From: a virus
Taxonomy: Duplodnaviria; Caudoviricetes
Direction: 5' to 3' (one strand)
Virus record (IMG/VR): IMGVR_UViG_3300027708_000013
DNA length: 64,000 bases
Shown one piece after another: positions 8,939 through 17,714 of this stretch. The notes under the pieces were generated by a model. That model was not told where the DNA came from, made no database searches, and worked only from the letters and a program-made list of their open reading frames with translations. The first letter of the stretch is position 1, and each line of letters opens with the position of its first letter. A program made the translations under genes and the position numbers.

Positions 8939-9471
8939 TCAGACTCCTGATAAGGTTTGTGTGGTTCAAGTCCCAATTCCTCAACTCCATCTTTGTACCA
9001 TACTGTGACATCATCTTCCAATTCGGCAATACCTGCACTGATGCCAAATTCCGTATCTAAATCCACAGGAATGGTGTTGGCCACTTCCGCGGCAGTCAAG
9101 TCGCCGATGTTGTAGCAGTCGTCTCCGGTTTCATCAAAGATACCACAAAATGCCATGTTGGGTTCGTAATACCGGGCCGTGACTCGAAAGCCCAGGTCCT
9201 GCAATCGTTCGTATGCGGCAATGGGTGGCGACCAGGCTGAATCAAACGCCAAGTCTAACTCAGTGGGCTTGCAGTTCATAATAAAATTACCGCCACCCAC
9301 GTCCCATTTGGTTCCCCAATTGTTTACACACCAATCATAATCCCACTCACCGTTGGGTAAAGGGATAAATTCTGCCAACAACTCACTGCGAGTGTAGGCC
9401 TTCTTTGCACGGTCAATCATGTCAGGATCACTATGTTGTAATTGTAAACTATTTTCACACCAATTTGGCAT
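8935..9471 (-). CDS. DUF1281/YubB ferredoxin-like family protein
   Basis: MPNWCEN, WCVNNWGTKWD and FDSAWSPP motifs. Confidence 0.8.
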   Translation of the reverse strand: MPNWCENSLQLQHSDPDMIDRAKKAYTRSELLAEFIPLPNGEWDYDWCVNNWGTKWDVGGGNFIMNCKPTELDLAFDSAWSPPIAAYERLQDLGFRVTARYYEPNMAFCGIFDETGDDCYNIGDLTAAEVANTIPVDLDTEFGISAGIAELEDDVTVWYKDGVEELGLEPHKPYQESE

Positions 9472-9472
9472 G

Positions 9473-9757
9473 TTATTCTCCTACTTGTAATTGTTTAATT
9501 AATGTATCTTTTTCAATCAATTGAAACTTGAGATCCTGATTCACCTGTGTCAAGACTGAATTTTTCTCTTGTAACAACTGTAGTTCTTCCTGCAACTCCA
9601 GATCCGGTTCAACAAACTGTATGGCCATGTCACAGGCACTGCTGAAACATGTGGGACAAAAACTCACTGGCAACATGCCAAAGTGTCCTTGTACTCCACC
9701 TTCATCGTCGGAATATTCGGTACTGCATATATTACATATCTGTTCCGGCACTATCAA
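9473..9757 (-). CDS. hypothetical Cys-rich coiled-coil protein
   Basis: CNIC and CPTC pairs. Confidence 0.55.
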   Translation of the reverse strand: MIVPEQICNICSTEYSDDEGGVQGHFGMLPVSFCPTCFSSACDMAIQFVEPDLELQEELQLLQEKNSVLTQVNQDLKFQLIEKDTLIKQLQVGE

Positions 9758-10100
9758 TCTCCTTTGTATGACGGCATTGACCTCTAAATGTGTAGCCGGG
9801 ACATGTACATGCTAACACACCGTCCACACGCTGTACAATATATTGACCGCCATTTGATCCTGCCACTGTCCACTGCTGGGTGGATTTGATCTCATTCAAA
9901 TCAATTTCGCCCAGCTCCGGAACTTCCTCAAATGTACGACCACGACTACTGAATTGGTATGGTTTCTTTATCACCACTGGCTCACTGGTGCCTGCTGGCA
10001 AGTAGCCATACATCTTGTCCCGAGACGTGTTCAACAGGTATATGTGATTGGGCACTGTGTAGTCTGTGTCCCAGGCAGTGGTTTCTCTATAAAATTTCAC
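9732..10100 (-). CDS. SWIM zinc-finger protein
   Basis: CTCPGYTFRGQCRH (CxCx7CxH). Confidence 0.75.
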   Translation of the reverse strand: MKFYRETTAWDTDYTVPNHIYLLNTSRDKMYGYLPAGTSEPVVIKKPYQFSSRGRTFEEVPELGEIDLNEIKSTQQWTVAGSNGGQYIVQRVDGVLACTCPGYTFRGQCRHTKEIDSAGTDM

Positions 10101-10223
10101 ATCTATCCTTGTTAAAAAATAAGTGCTGGTTTTTATTTCAAGTCTAAAACCAGCAAAAGCGACATGCGGGTTTCTGGAGTATCAAGGCTCTCCAAGGAAG
10201 GCATCTCCCCATTACAGCCTGGT

Positions 10224-10541
10224 TTAATCAGCTCGGGAACAAGCATAAGCACGTAAGCCGGCCTGCTGTAATACTCGAGCAAATGCATCGGCACCAGCTT
10301 CTTTGACGTCCATGCTCTGTCCATGATATGCACCTGCTGTCCACAGGCTTAGACATTTGGGTTTGTAACTTTTCTTAAAACCCGCGGCAATCAATTCTCG
10401 GGCTTGCTTGGAGTTGACTCGATCCACATAAACTTCAACCCAACCAAAACCACAGTATGCAGGCTCACCATGTTTAGCAAGAAAATCGTTTTCGGCTTGT
10501 ACTGCGGCTTGTTGTGCATTTTGAACAATTTCTTTTATCAT
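10224..10541 (-). CDS. hypothetical protein
   Basis: AGGAG SD below the promoter at 10572-10600. Confidence 0.75.
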   Translation of the reverse strand: MIKEIVQNAQQAAVQAENDFLAKHGEPAYCGFGWVEVYVDRVNSKQARELIAAGFKKSYKPKCLSLWTAGAYHGQSMDVKEAGADAFARVLQQAGLRAYACSRAD

Positions 10542-10571
10542 TTACAGCTCCTTTTGTTTAACTATACTACT

Positions 10572-10600
10572 ATTATACAATATTTGGAATTTTGGGTCAA
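10572..10600 (-). promoter_or_regulatory. sigma70-type early promoter (repeat family)
   Basis: TTGACC-17-TATAAT; leader nearly identical to that below the 54309 promoter. Confidence 0.85.
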
Positions 10601-10606
10601 CCAAAA

Positions 10607-10879
10607 TTACGCTAGAGTCACTTGTACTTGGAATCCACGCACTGTCATGCCCAGGCCTGTGGGCACATCGGCACCCAAGTGCTGAGCGAAACTGCGTTTG
10701 CGAGCCAACTGCTCCATGACATCCCAAACAGCAACTCTGGCATTTGTTGTGGCAAAATCTTCTGCCATTTGCCGAACAGTCAAGTAAAACCCAATGTCAT
10801 ATTCACTGCCACCTTGACCAAAAATCACACGGAATCTTTGGCTGTTTTTAAAACCTTCTATGATTGTTTTTTTACGCAT
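10607..10879 (-). CDS. hypothetical protein
   Basis: AGGAG SD; has its own promoter. Confidence 0.7.
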   Translation of the reverse strand: MRKKTIIEGFKNSQRFRVIFGQGGSEYDIGFYLTVRQMAEDFATTNARVAVWDVMEQLARKRSFAQHLGADVPTGLGMTVRGFQVQVTLA

Positions 10880-10910
10880 GTTCAGCTCCTTAAAATTTAA
10901 CTATACTAAT

Positions 10911-10939
10911 ATTATAACAAATGACCCATTATGGGTCAA
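10911..10939 (-). promoter_or_regulatory. sigma70-type early promoter (repeat family)
   Basis: TTGACC-17-TATAAT. Confidence 0.85.
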
Positions 10940-10944
10940 CCAAA

Positions 10945-11175
10945 TTAAAAGTGTGGATCCAAGTGGTTATGCACTCCCGGAATTAAGTAAACATATCTGC
11001 AACCAGTTTCAGTGTAGATTGTTCTACCATCGTACGACTGTTTTTTAGTGTACTTTTTACCAGTATCAGTGAAAATAAAACGCGGAGTAATACGTGTGAT
11101 TTTACCATCATAGTATCTATCACCGTTGATACCGTAACTTACATCATCGCCTACATTGTATTTTGCTTCTACCAT
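10945..11175 (-). CDS. hypothetical protein
   Basis: Start reassigned to MVEAKY after AGGAG. Confidence 0.7.
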   Translation of the reverse strand: MVEAKYNVGDDVSYGINGDRYYDGKITRITPRFIFTDTGKKYTKKQSYDGRTIYTETGCRYVYLIPGVHNHLDPHF

Positions 11176-11205
11176 TTCTAACTCCTTTTTATTAACTATA
11201 CATAT

Positions 11206-11234
11206 ATTATACGGGTTTTGGATTTCTGGTGCAA
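11206..11234 (-). promoter_or_regulatory. sigma70-type early promoter (variant)
   Basis: TTGCAC-17-TATAAT. Confidence 0.7.
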
Positions 11235-11245
11235 CCAAAATGTCC

Positions 11246-11273
11246 AAAAAAAAGCCCCTTGTAAACAGGGGCT
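11246..11273 (-). terminator. intrinsic terminator
   Basis: AGCCCC stem followed by a T8 run after the Bug gene. Confidence 0.8.
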
Positions 11274-11303
11274 CTCGGCTGTTGTTTTTCTGCAACACAT
11301 GGC

Positions 11304-12269
11304 TTATTCTATGTTTTTGCTCACGTTTTTAAGCAATTTTAAGGTCTGGGATTGGGTGTTTGCCAACTGCTCAAACGTACCGCCCGGGTTTATAATACCA
11401 ATTGCTTTTAATCTTTCAGCATACACTGGATTTTTAAGTTCTTGATTTATTAAATTGTTGATACGTGCTCTGGCCGAAAGAGGTGTATCTGCAGGTGCAT
11501 ACACGCCATACCAAATGTTTAAGCCCAGTTCTGGATGTAAATTGGACAACACTGGTACAGTTACGGCAGGATTCAATTCATGCACCAGTCTAGAACCTTC
11601 AGGTGTCAGCGCCGCAATGATTTTAATTTTACCCGACATCCAAGCCGGACGCATGGTGCTCAACACATCAAAGGCAAAGTCTACATTGCCGCCTATTAGG
11701 TCTGTCAGTTGTGGTGCACCACCTTTGTAATTGATAATCTGTGGCATAGGTAATTTTTCCAACTTGGCCCACAGTGTAAAGAGATTTGCAGTGTTTTTAT
11801 TCCAGTAGGCCACATTGAACCGTTGAGGATTTTTACGCACATAATCTTTTAGTTCTGCATAGGTGTTGACAGCACTGTTGGCTGGAACAGCCAACACCAT
11901 GGTACTGATGCCCAAGGGTACTACAGGATCAAAACTAGATTCTGTATATTCAATGCCGTCTGATCGAGTCTTGAATGCTATGTTGCTGTCCAAGAATCCA
12001 GTGCCGCCCATGAACAAGGTATGTCCATCAGGCTTGGCCCGTGCCACAAAGTTTGCGGCTATGACAGTGTCTGCCCCGGGTCGATTTACAACCACAGCTC
12101 GCCATCCGTTGTTGGCAAACATTTCCTCGACGATACGAGCAACACGATCACTGTTACCACCCGGCGGGTATGCCACCACAATCTCAATGGGTCGCTTGGT
12201 TGGGTCAAACTCAGCCACAGCTGACAGTGATGTCAATAATGCTATGGCGATGATAATTCTTTTAAACAT
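11304..12269 (-). CDS. Bug/TctC tripartite tricarboxylate transporter substrate-binding protein
   Basis: Signal peptide, YPPGGNSDRVAR, VVNRPGA, PDGHTL, YKGGAPQLTDLIGG, WYGVYAPADTP. Confidence 0.9.
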   Translation of the reverse strand: MFKRIIIAIALLTSLSAVAEFDPTKRPIEIVVAYPPGGNSDRVARIVEEMFANNGWRAVVVNRPGADTVIAANFVARAKPDGHTLFMGGTGFLDSNIAFKTRSDGIEYTESSFDPVVPLGISTMVLAVPANSAVNTYAELKDYVRKNPQRFNVAYWNKNTANLFTLWAKLEKLPMPQIINYKGGAPQLTDLIGGNVDFAFDVLSTMRPAWMSGKIKIIAALTPEGSRLVHELNPAVTVPVLSNLHPELGLNIWYGVYAPADTPLSARARINNLINQELKNPVYAERLKAIGIINPGGTFEQLANTQSQTLKLLKNVSKNIE

Positions 12270-12270
12270 G

Positions 12271-13404
12271 TTAATCTCCTAGGTAGTATTGTTTTGAATA
12301 AATTTCTTTTAACTTTAATAAAGTATTTTGTTCTTTGAGTGCGTTGCTATTTAGAAAATTAAAAAACTTTTCATCTGCTCGTATATTATACAATCCTTTG
12401 ACATAGTTTCTGGCAACTGAATTGCCCAATTTAAGTTGTGCAATCAACATGGGTTCTCCGTCGGCATCATATTCATTTATATCTGCACCTGGTGTAATTT
12501 TAGCGTTCCACATGGGACTCAGTAATCTCTTTTGAACCCAACTGGCACCAAATGTCAATTCAGGATGACGCCCCACTGCTCTTGCCCATGCAGTGTATTC
12601 TTGTGGACTATCTCTGACTTGAGAATGCGTACCTCTTTCTCTGACATGGTTGCGACTTTGCAATAATTTTAGTGCTTGTTTGGCCAAGTGACTTTGTTTC
12701 AGATTCACCATGGGATCCAAGTAAAAACATTCAATATTGTTATGTCCCATTGCAGTGCGAATAAATTTGTCAACTTGGCTTGCATAGTAGCAACCATTGT
12801 TGAATACTACATTTGGTTTTTCTAATCCCACCACCAGTCCCCAGCGATGCCCGCTGTGATTACGCTCGCAATGCTCTACTGTTAAATCAGAAACACTGGA
12901 CTGTCCTAAGCGTAACAAGTCGCCTTTGTTTTGAAAAATCCAATCCTCATCTTTAACAACATGACTACGCAATTCTAGATCGTATTCGCCCCAGGTTGTA
13001 ATTTTACTGGTTGGATCCCAGTGATGCTTCATCAACCAATCCACATGACTGTCTGGATAAGGATCGCCACCAGAAATTTGATTGGTGTGTTTAACAATGA
13101 ATTCGTCTACATGTATTCTGTTGCGTTTGAATATATTATAAATTGTATGGCTATCCGTGCCACCGGACCACATAAATATCAATCGCTCGTACTTGTTTCT
13201 TAGGTTGACAGCATGAGCTGACATTATGTCGTCAAATGTCGGTTCAGGCTCTTGAGTCCAATCCAAGGCATCGTACTCTCGGTCATGACAATACAACTCC
13301 ACTGTGTTGCCAGACGTCATTGATTCGTACTGTGCAAGATATATGTTATAAAATATTTTATTATTACAGATGTAATAAATTTCGGATGGTGTTGATGCGA
13401 TCAT
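12271..13404 (-). CDS. PP-loop (adenine nucleotide alpha-hydrolase-like) protein
   Basis: FMWSGGTDS (SGGxDS) motif. Confidence 0.6.
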   Translation of the reverse strand: MIASTPSEIYYICNNKIFYNIYLAQYESMTSGNTVELYCHDREYDALDWTQEPEPTFDDIMSAHAVNLRNKYERLIFMWSGGTDSHTIYNIFKRNRIHVDEFIVKHTNQISGGDPYPDSHVDWLMKHHWDPTSKITTWGEYDLELRSHVVKDEDWIFQNKGDLLRLGQSSVSDLTVEHCERNHSGHRWGLVVGLEKPNVVFNNGCYYASQVDKFIRTAMGHNNIECFYLDPMVNLKQSHLAKQALKLLQSRNHVRERGTHSQVRDSPQEYTAWARAVGRHPELTFGASWVQKRLLSPMWNAKITPGADINEYDADGEPMLIAQLKLGNSVARNYVKGLYNIRADEKFFNFLNSNALKEQNTLLKLKEIYSKQYYLGD

Positions 13405-13411
13405 TGAATAT

Positions 13412-14578
13412 TTAACGATTAAAAAGATTGTAATTACCGGTATCGTATTTTTTATTACATCTGTAAAAACTAAGCATGTGAGTGGAGTAGGTTATTGCAT
13501 CTCGAACTCGAAGCCATTGCGGCGTAGTATCGTCTACAAATTGATTCAACCCTATTTCTAAAGTAAAACGTATTAGATCCAATAGTACTTTTTTACTCAA
13601 CGCATAACCACTATCTTGTATTTGATACACACTGGTGGTTGGCATGACTGGATTAATATCATTGTGTTCTTTGACATTGTCGGAGGAAAGTTGATCTAAC
13701 CCTGATTCCCACATTATTTTTAAGGCAGATATTTCTAATAATATAGACTTTAATTTATACACCAACACAGGATCTTGAACCTCGGGACATTTTGATAATT
13801 CGTCATAGAGACCAATGATGACGCCCAAATGCACAGTGACCCAACATTGTCTTACAAAGTTTCCCCACGGATATGTGGGATCCGAGCGTGGATTTGTTTT
13901 TAATATATAGCAATCATCTGTACCCACTGGCAGTGGTTCATGTAGGGTTAAAATTCCTGGCGCTGCTCCTTTCATTCCCACAGCAGTTGGACTTTCTGTT
14001 CCATCGGTTCTCGAATGTTTGATTTTATTTAAATTTAAATAAACAACATATATTGAAACTTCTGCATTGTGTTGACTGTGTTTATGTGCATAACTGACTT
14101 GCGGAGCACCTGTTTTTGGTACTTCTATCACACAAATGTCAGCGGATTTTAAATTACTTACCCAACATTTTGTTCCAGGAAGTAACATGTTTGTGTCTGT
14201 ATCGTAACGTATAGTATCTGCGGCACGACTACTTGAATAGCAACAAATCGTTTCATGATATGCACAAGATTTCAACAGACGATCGCCGGCTCGGTCGGGT
14301 ACAAGGCTGACAGCTAATCTGGATTTATGATTGTGTTGAACACAGTGTGCCATGGATAAATCGCGTTGGGCAACATACATTAAATTGTAGTAGAAAATTT
14401 TCTTTTCCGCATTAGTTGCTGTTGCAAAATCAAAATCAAAAAACGGAGCTAAAATCTTAAGATTTTTTTGAAAGTCGCTGTTGTCTTGTAAAGATTCTAT
14501 GGGAAGGTTTAATTTTTCTAGAAGTTTGATATTTTTGAGCATGACAAGAAAGAGTATGTAAATGTATTTAGTTTGCAC
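13412..14578 (-). CDS. acyl-CoA dehydrogenase-like flavoprotein (divergent)
   Basis: GTKCWVSNLKSAD resembles GxKxWITN..AD; GMKGAAPG resembles GMRG; start may be the ATG at 14542. Confidence 0.45.
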   Translation of the reverse strand: MQTKYIYILFLVMLKNIKLLEKLNLPIESLQDNSDFQKNLKILAPFFDFDFATATNAEKKIFYYNLMYVAQRDLSMAHCVQHNHKSRLAVSLVPDRAGDRLLKSCAYHETICCYSSSRAADTIRYDTDTNMLLPGTKCWVSNLKSADICVIEVPKTGAPQVSYAHKHSQHNAEVSIYVVYLNLNKIKHSRTDGTESPTAVGMKGAAPGILTLHEPLPVGTDDCYILKTNPRSDPTYPWGNFVRQCWVTVHLGVIIGLYDELSKCPEVQDPVLVYKLKSILLEISALKIMWESGLDQLSSDNVKEHNDINPVMPTTSVYQIQDSGYALSKKVLLDLIRFTLEIGLNQFVDDTTPQWLRVRDAITYSTHMLSFYRCNKKYDTGNYNLFNR

Positions 14579-14590
14579 TGTGAGGGTAAC

Positions 14591-14612
14591 AAAAAACCCG
14601 CCGAAGCGGGTT
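14591..14612 (-). terminator. intrinsic terminator of the tmRNA
   Basis: AACCCGC-TTCG-GCGGGTT followed by a T-run. Confidence 0.85.
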
Positions 14613-14921
14613 CTGCTATTTTTGGTAATAAGGTATAACTACCCCAGAGATCATGCCGCTAGGGCGTAAACCTCATCATTAGATGCGTTTGCATTTATCG
14701 ATTTGCTTGATTTACAGTCATCGCCTACTGTGTTGCCGTCTCCATTACCTACCCCTGTCGAAACCATGGCTGGCCCATCAGAAGAAAACTCAGATCCTTT
14801 CACGGTTGGCTCCATTACTGGTTGGCCGCAGTATGCATCCTGCTGAATTTTCTTTTGGTGGACCAGGCGGGAGTCGAACCCGCGTCCAGAAGTCCTTCAC
14901 TTTGAAGGAATTACAACAATT
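14613..14921 (-). ncRNA. ssrA: two-piece (circularly permuted) tmRNA
   Basis: Acceptor piece with T-arm GCGGG-TTCGACT-CCCGC and CTGGTCC-A-CCA ending at 14856 comes first; 5' GGGCCAG starts at 14776 and gives a G3.U70 acceptor stem; tag at 14651-14692 encodes ANASNDEVYALAA*. Confidence 0.92.
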
Positions 14922-14924
14922 CTT

Positions 14925-15071
14925 TTAATTATAACCACGTATGACATTGTTGTCAATGGGTGGATTTGATCTTGCCAATTCTCGTTTAACAGCTTCTTGA
15001 TGTTGCTGTTCTTTTTTCTGCTTGTTCTGTTCAAACTTCTGAAGTATCACAACTTCTTCTTTGTGTGGCAT
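14925..15071 (-). CDS. small hypothetical protein
   Basis: 48 aa, MPHKEEVV...; CTAAATA box 8 nt above the ATG. Confidence 0.45.
   Translation of the reverse strand: MPHKEEVVILQKFEQNKQKKEQQHQEAVKRELARSNPPIDNNVIRGYN
14928..14956 (-). promoter_or_regulatory. consensus sigma70 promoter for the tmRNA
   Basis: TTGACA-17-TATAAT. Confidence 0.9.
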
Positions 15072-15108
15072 AGTATAACTATTTAGTATAGATAAATGCA
15101 GGAGTGTC

Positions 15109-15366
15109 GTATTTCGGAGTCTTCCGCTAAGAAGTCCTTAACCATTGACACGGTTATGTCAGGACTGTGTGATGGTCCACTCAGCCCGCCTAGTCAACAC
15201 GTCTGTCAACGATACCCGTAGTTTCCTCTCCTACACTTACCTATACTAGATAGGATCCCGGGGGGTTCGAGTCTCACCGGGGTCGACATGCAAGTTTTGT
15301 AGACGTTGTTTCAAGCGAGCGAATTTCTTCGCCTCTACCGGAAGGCATCTCCCTTTCGCTGATACC
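15109..15366 (-). ncRNA. unclassified structured RNA candidate
   Basis: At least 8 nested helices found by eye, including long-range CUUCCG/CGGAAG, UCGCUU/AGGCGG and ACGUCU/AGACGU; no ORF of note. Confidence 0.6.
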
Positions 15367-15369
15367 GGC

Positions 15370-15705
15370 TTATTCGCCCATTACTTCCTGTGCAATAGCA
15401 CGAGCCTTAATGGCTTCTAAACTTGGCTTGGCAATTTTGGTCTTGGTTGACTTGACCACTGCTGAACCGTTGTACTTTTCATCAGCGGCATCAATCGCGG
15501 CACGATAATCTGCATTGGCATACAACTCAGTACCTTTTAAGAAAGTTACCAACTCGCCTTTGGTCATTGCTGAAGGCAAATCCATAAGATTGATATCGCT
15601 ATCAGTTTTTGCCAAGATTTTAACACGAGTCATGTCATTCGCAAAACGAACTTTGTACTGACCTTGAGTCTTGCTAACACCACCTACTTTGAACTGTTTG
15701 TCCAT
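15370..15705 (-). CDS. hypothetical protein
   Basis: 111 aa; AGGAG SD; own promoter. Confidence 0.8.
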   Translation of the reverse strand: MDKQFKVGGVSKTQGQYKVRFANDMTRVKILAKTDSDINLMDLPSAMTKGELVTFLKGTELYANADYRAAIDAADEKYNGSAVVKSTKTKIAKPSLEAIKARAIAQEVMGE

Positions 15706-15764
15706 TTTTTACTACTCCTATTTAAAAGTTGAAAATACAATACCAACACACTTGGTATATTCTA

Positions 15765-15793
15765 ATTGTAGTTGATTTTGAATTATTGGTCAA
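15765..15793 (-). promoter_or_regulatory. sigma70-type promoter (repeat family)
   Basis: TTGACC-17-TACAAT. Confidence 0.75.
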
Positions 15794-16083
15794 CTCGAAT
15801 TGGAATTTGGTTTGTCCGAAATTATCTTAACCAAATATACAACGGACGGTCATCTTGTGATTCTACTGTAACTATTTCTACTTCTGGTTCCAGTTCCGGC
15901 AAATCTTCTTCATCCGCTTCACGCTGGTATTCGGGATCTTCGTAATTGTATGCAAATGTCATTTCGATGCCTCCTTGGCCACTGCCTGTACTTTGTTGAC
16001 ACCGTTGTCAAACATTCTAGCAATGCCAGAAAACCCCACTGTGCAGACCACAATGCCCACCACTACACCTAGTATAAATTTAC

Positions 16084-16533
16084 TCACCATGCCTCCTCTG
16101 TATGCAACTTCATTAAAAGTTCTTGTTCTATTGCTTCATGTAACGGTGTAAAATCCCCACCTTGACTCACATACCAAATACCTGCATCATACAGGTAAAA
16201 GTACTCGCAACCGCTGAATTTAGAGATCCAGTCCTGTTCGTTGGGGTGAGTGCAGAATGTGTTTGCTTCATCACCATCTCTATTATAAAAGGTACACTCA
16301 GTACTAAAACCATCACTATCATTACCTGGCTTAAAGGTGAAGTCATGTTGCTCACCTATTGCCACACCTAAACTTGAGACATCGCCCATGCTGATCAACT
16401 TGTTCACCTTGGGACTGGCTTGGTAGTGACGGTCCAACAGTCGCCCCACATAACCTATGTATCCATCCCAATGACAGTACACTGCCTTGATCACTGTGCC
16501 ATGTCGAATGGCAATCGAACTTCTTGTACTCAT
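16084..16533 (-). CDS. conserved phage hypothetical protein
   Basis: MSTRSSIAI...VYCHWDGY...EYFYLY pattern. Confidence 0.75.
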   Translation of the reverse strand: MSTRSSIAIRHGTVIKAVYCHWDGYIGYVGRLLDRHYQASPKVNKLISMGDVSSLGVAIGEQHDFTFKPGNDSDGFSTECTFYNRDGDEANTFCTHPNEQDWISKFSGCEYFYLYDAGIWYVSQGGDFTPLHEAIEQELLMKLHTEEAW

Positions 16534-16776
16534 TCTTCAATCCTTCCCATGGCCACCACAAGTATCAGCACCAAGGCCGCTATTACAAATCCAAATCCGT
16601 ATACTAAAATTTCACTCATTGCACTGACTCCTGTAATATTAATTCAGCAAATCGAATGTCGGCCCAATGATTGACTGAACCATGATAAGGTTGGCCAGCT
16701 GATTCCAGTTCCTCCAATTTTTCTTGAGCCCAGGCACAGGCCTGAGTCTTGAGATCCCATATTCTTTGATCAAACA

Positions 16777-16962
16777 TTATGCACACTCCTGGTCTATGTC
16801 GTGTTGCACTATTGACATTGCAATGTTTAACTCCCCAGATGCTTTGCCGAGAGTATGCCTCAACGCTGTGTTATAGTGCTGGGGATACTGTCTGGCCAGT
16901 TCCAACCGAAGTGTGTGGAGTTGCTCCTTGACAGCCTCTATCTTGTTGTACATTTCAATCAT
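16777..16962 (-). CDS. hypothetical protein
   Basis: ATGA overlap within operon. Confidence 0.55.
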   Translation of the reverse strand: MIEMYNKIEAVKEQLHTLRLELARQYPQHYNTALRHTLGKASGELNIAMSIVQHDIDQECA

Positions 16963-17234
16963 ACTGCCTCCAACATGTTGCCAGGTACACGGTACACGCC
17001 CATTGGTGTGCGAACGTTGATGTATTTCACTGCAACTTTTTCCACAGTGCCTTGATAAGTTCTGCCGTCTCGGTTGCTGGTAAATTTTACCAAGTCGCCC
17101 CTCATGAATGCACGAACATTTCTACGAGTGAGTTGAGTCCGTGCATATTTCAGTGCTTCAACTATCACATCCAGGTCAGCGTTTTCAAATTGTCCGCTGA
17201 GTAATGCCGATCTAATGTCTGATACTGTTGTCAT
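16959..17234 (-). CDS. hypothetical protein (SH3-like C-terminus)
   Basis: GDLVKF...YQGTVEKVAVKYI; AAGGAG SD. Confidence 0.7.
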   Translation of the reverse strand: MTTVSDIRSALLSGQFENADLDVIVEALKYARTQLTRRNVRAFMRGDLVKFTSNRDGRTYQGTVEKVAVKYINVRTPMGVYRVPGNMLEAV

Positions 17235-17243
17235 ATCTGCTCC

Positions 17244-17516
17244 TTAAGAATAAAAAGATTCATTAAAATTTAATGCTGAATAAACTGCTTCACGTACTGC
17301 TGTGTCTGTGGCTTCGTTGGCTGTTTTAGGATGAGCTTGAGCCAAAAGAATTAAATGACGTTGCACAGTGTTCCAATCCCAGGCTTGTTTTTCTGCCGCC
17401 TGCACCACACCATGTACCAATTGATTGCCACGATGCGAAAACATGGCATAGTCCGGAACAGGGTTGACGCCTAGTGGAGTCATGCCCGATAATGCTGATG
17501 TTTGTGGTGTTTTCAT
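17244..17516 (-). CDS. hypothetical protein
   Basis: 90-aa ORF; AAGGAG SD. Confidence 0.65.
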   Translation of the reverse strand: MKTPQTSALSGMTPLGVNPVPDYAMFSHRGNQLVHGVVQAAEKQAWDWNTVQRHLILLAQAHPKTANEATDTAVREAVYSALNFNESFYS

Positions 17517-17517
17517 A

Positions 17518-17685
17518 TTATAACTGCTCCTTGATGTTGGAAATCATGGCACGAATACGTTGATAGTCAGATTCTTCTCTACGTTTGCTGACCAATGCTT
17601 GGTTGGCTAAATCTTCACGCAAGGCCTCTAAAACCAATTCCGCTTGACGCGGGGTTAAATCTAATACAACTCTTTTTGCTATCAT
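17518..17685 (-). CDS. small hypothetical protein (not in the supplied track)
   Basis: 55 aa, MIAKRVVLDLTPRQAEL...; AAGGA SD below a promoter. Confidence 0.55.
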   Translation of the reverse strand: MIAKRVVLDLTPRQAELVLEALREDLANQALVSKRREESDYQRIRAMISNIKEQL

Positions 17686-17714
17686 TTCAATTCCTTTTTA
17701 TTAACAATACAACT

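Noticed and set aside
11304-14612. Cassette integrated at the tmRNA as an att site
   Set aside because: No duplicated tmRNA 3' end and no integrase seen; the adjacency is real but integration is unsupported.
14856-14895. Stand-alone tRNA (T-arm plus CCA)
   Set aside because: No D or anticodon arms upstream; its acceptor partner lies downstream at 14770-14776, so it is the tmRNA acceptor piece.
14683-14928. 81-aa plus-strand ORF
   Set aside because: It is the antisense shadow of the tmRNA.
15264-15273. GGTTCGAGTC T-loop as a tRNA
   Set aside because: No cloverleaf can be built around it; it sits inside a longer hairpin.
15109-15375. RNase P RNA (GAGGAAA and CCGGCTTAT look-alikes)
   Set aside because: The two motifs are on opposite strands, the P4 halves are not complementary, and CCGGCTTAT overlaps the upstream gene's stop codon.
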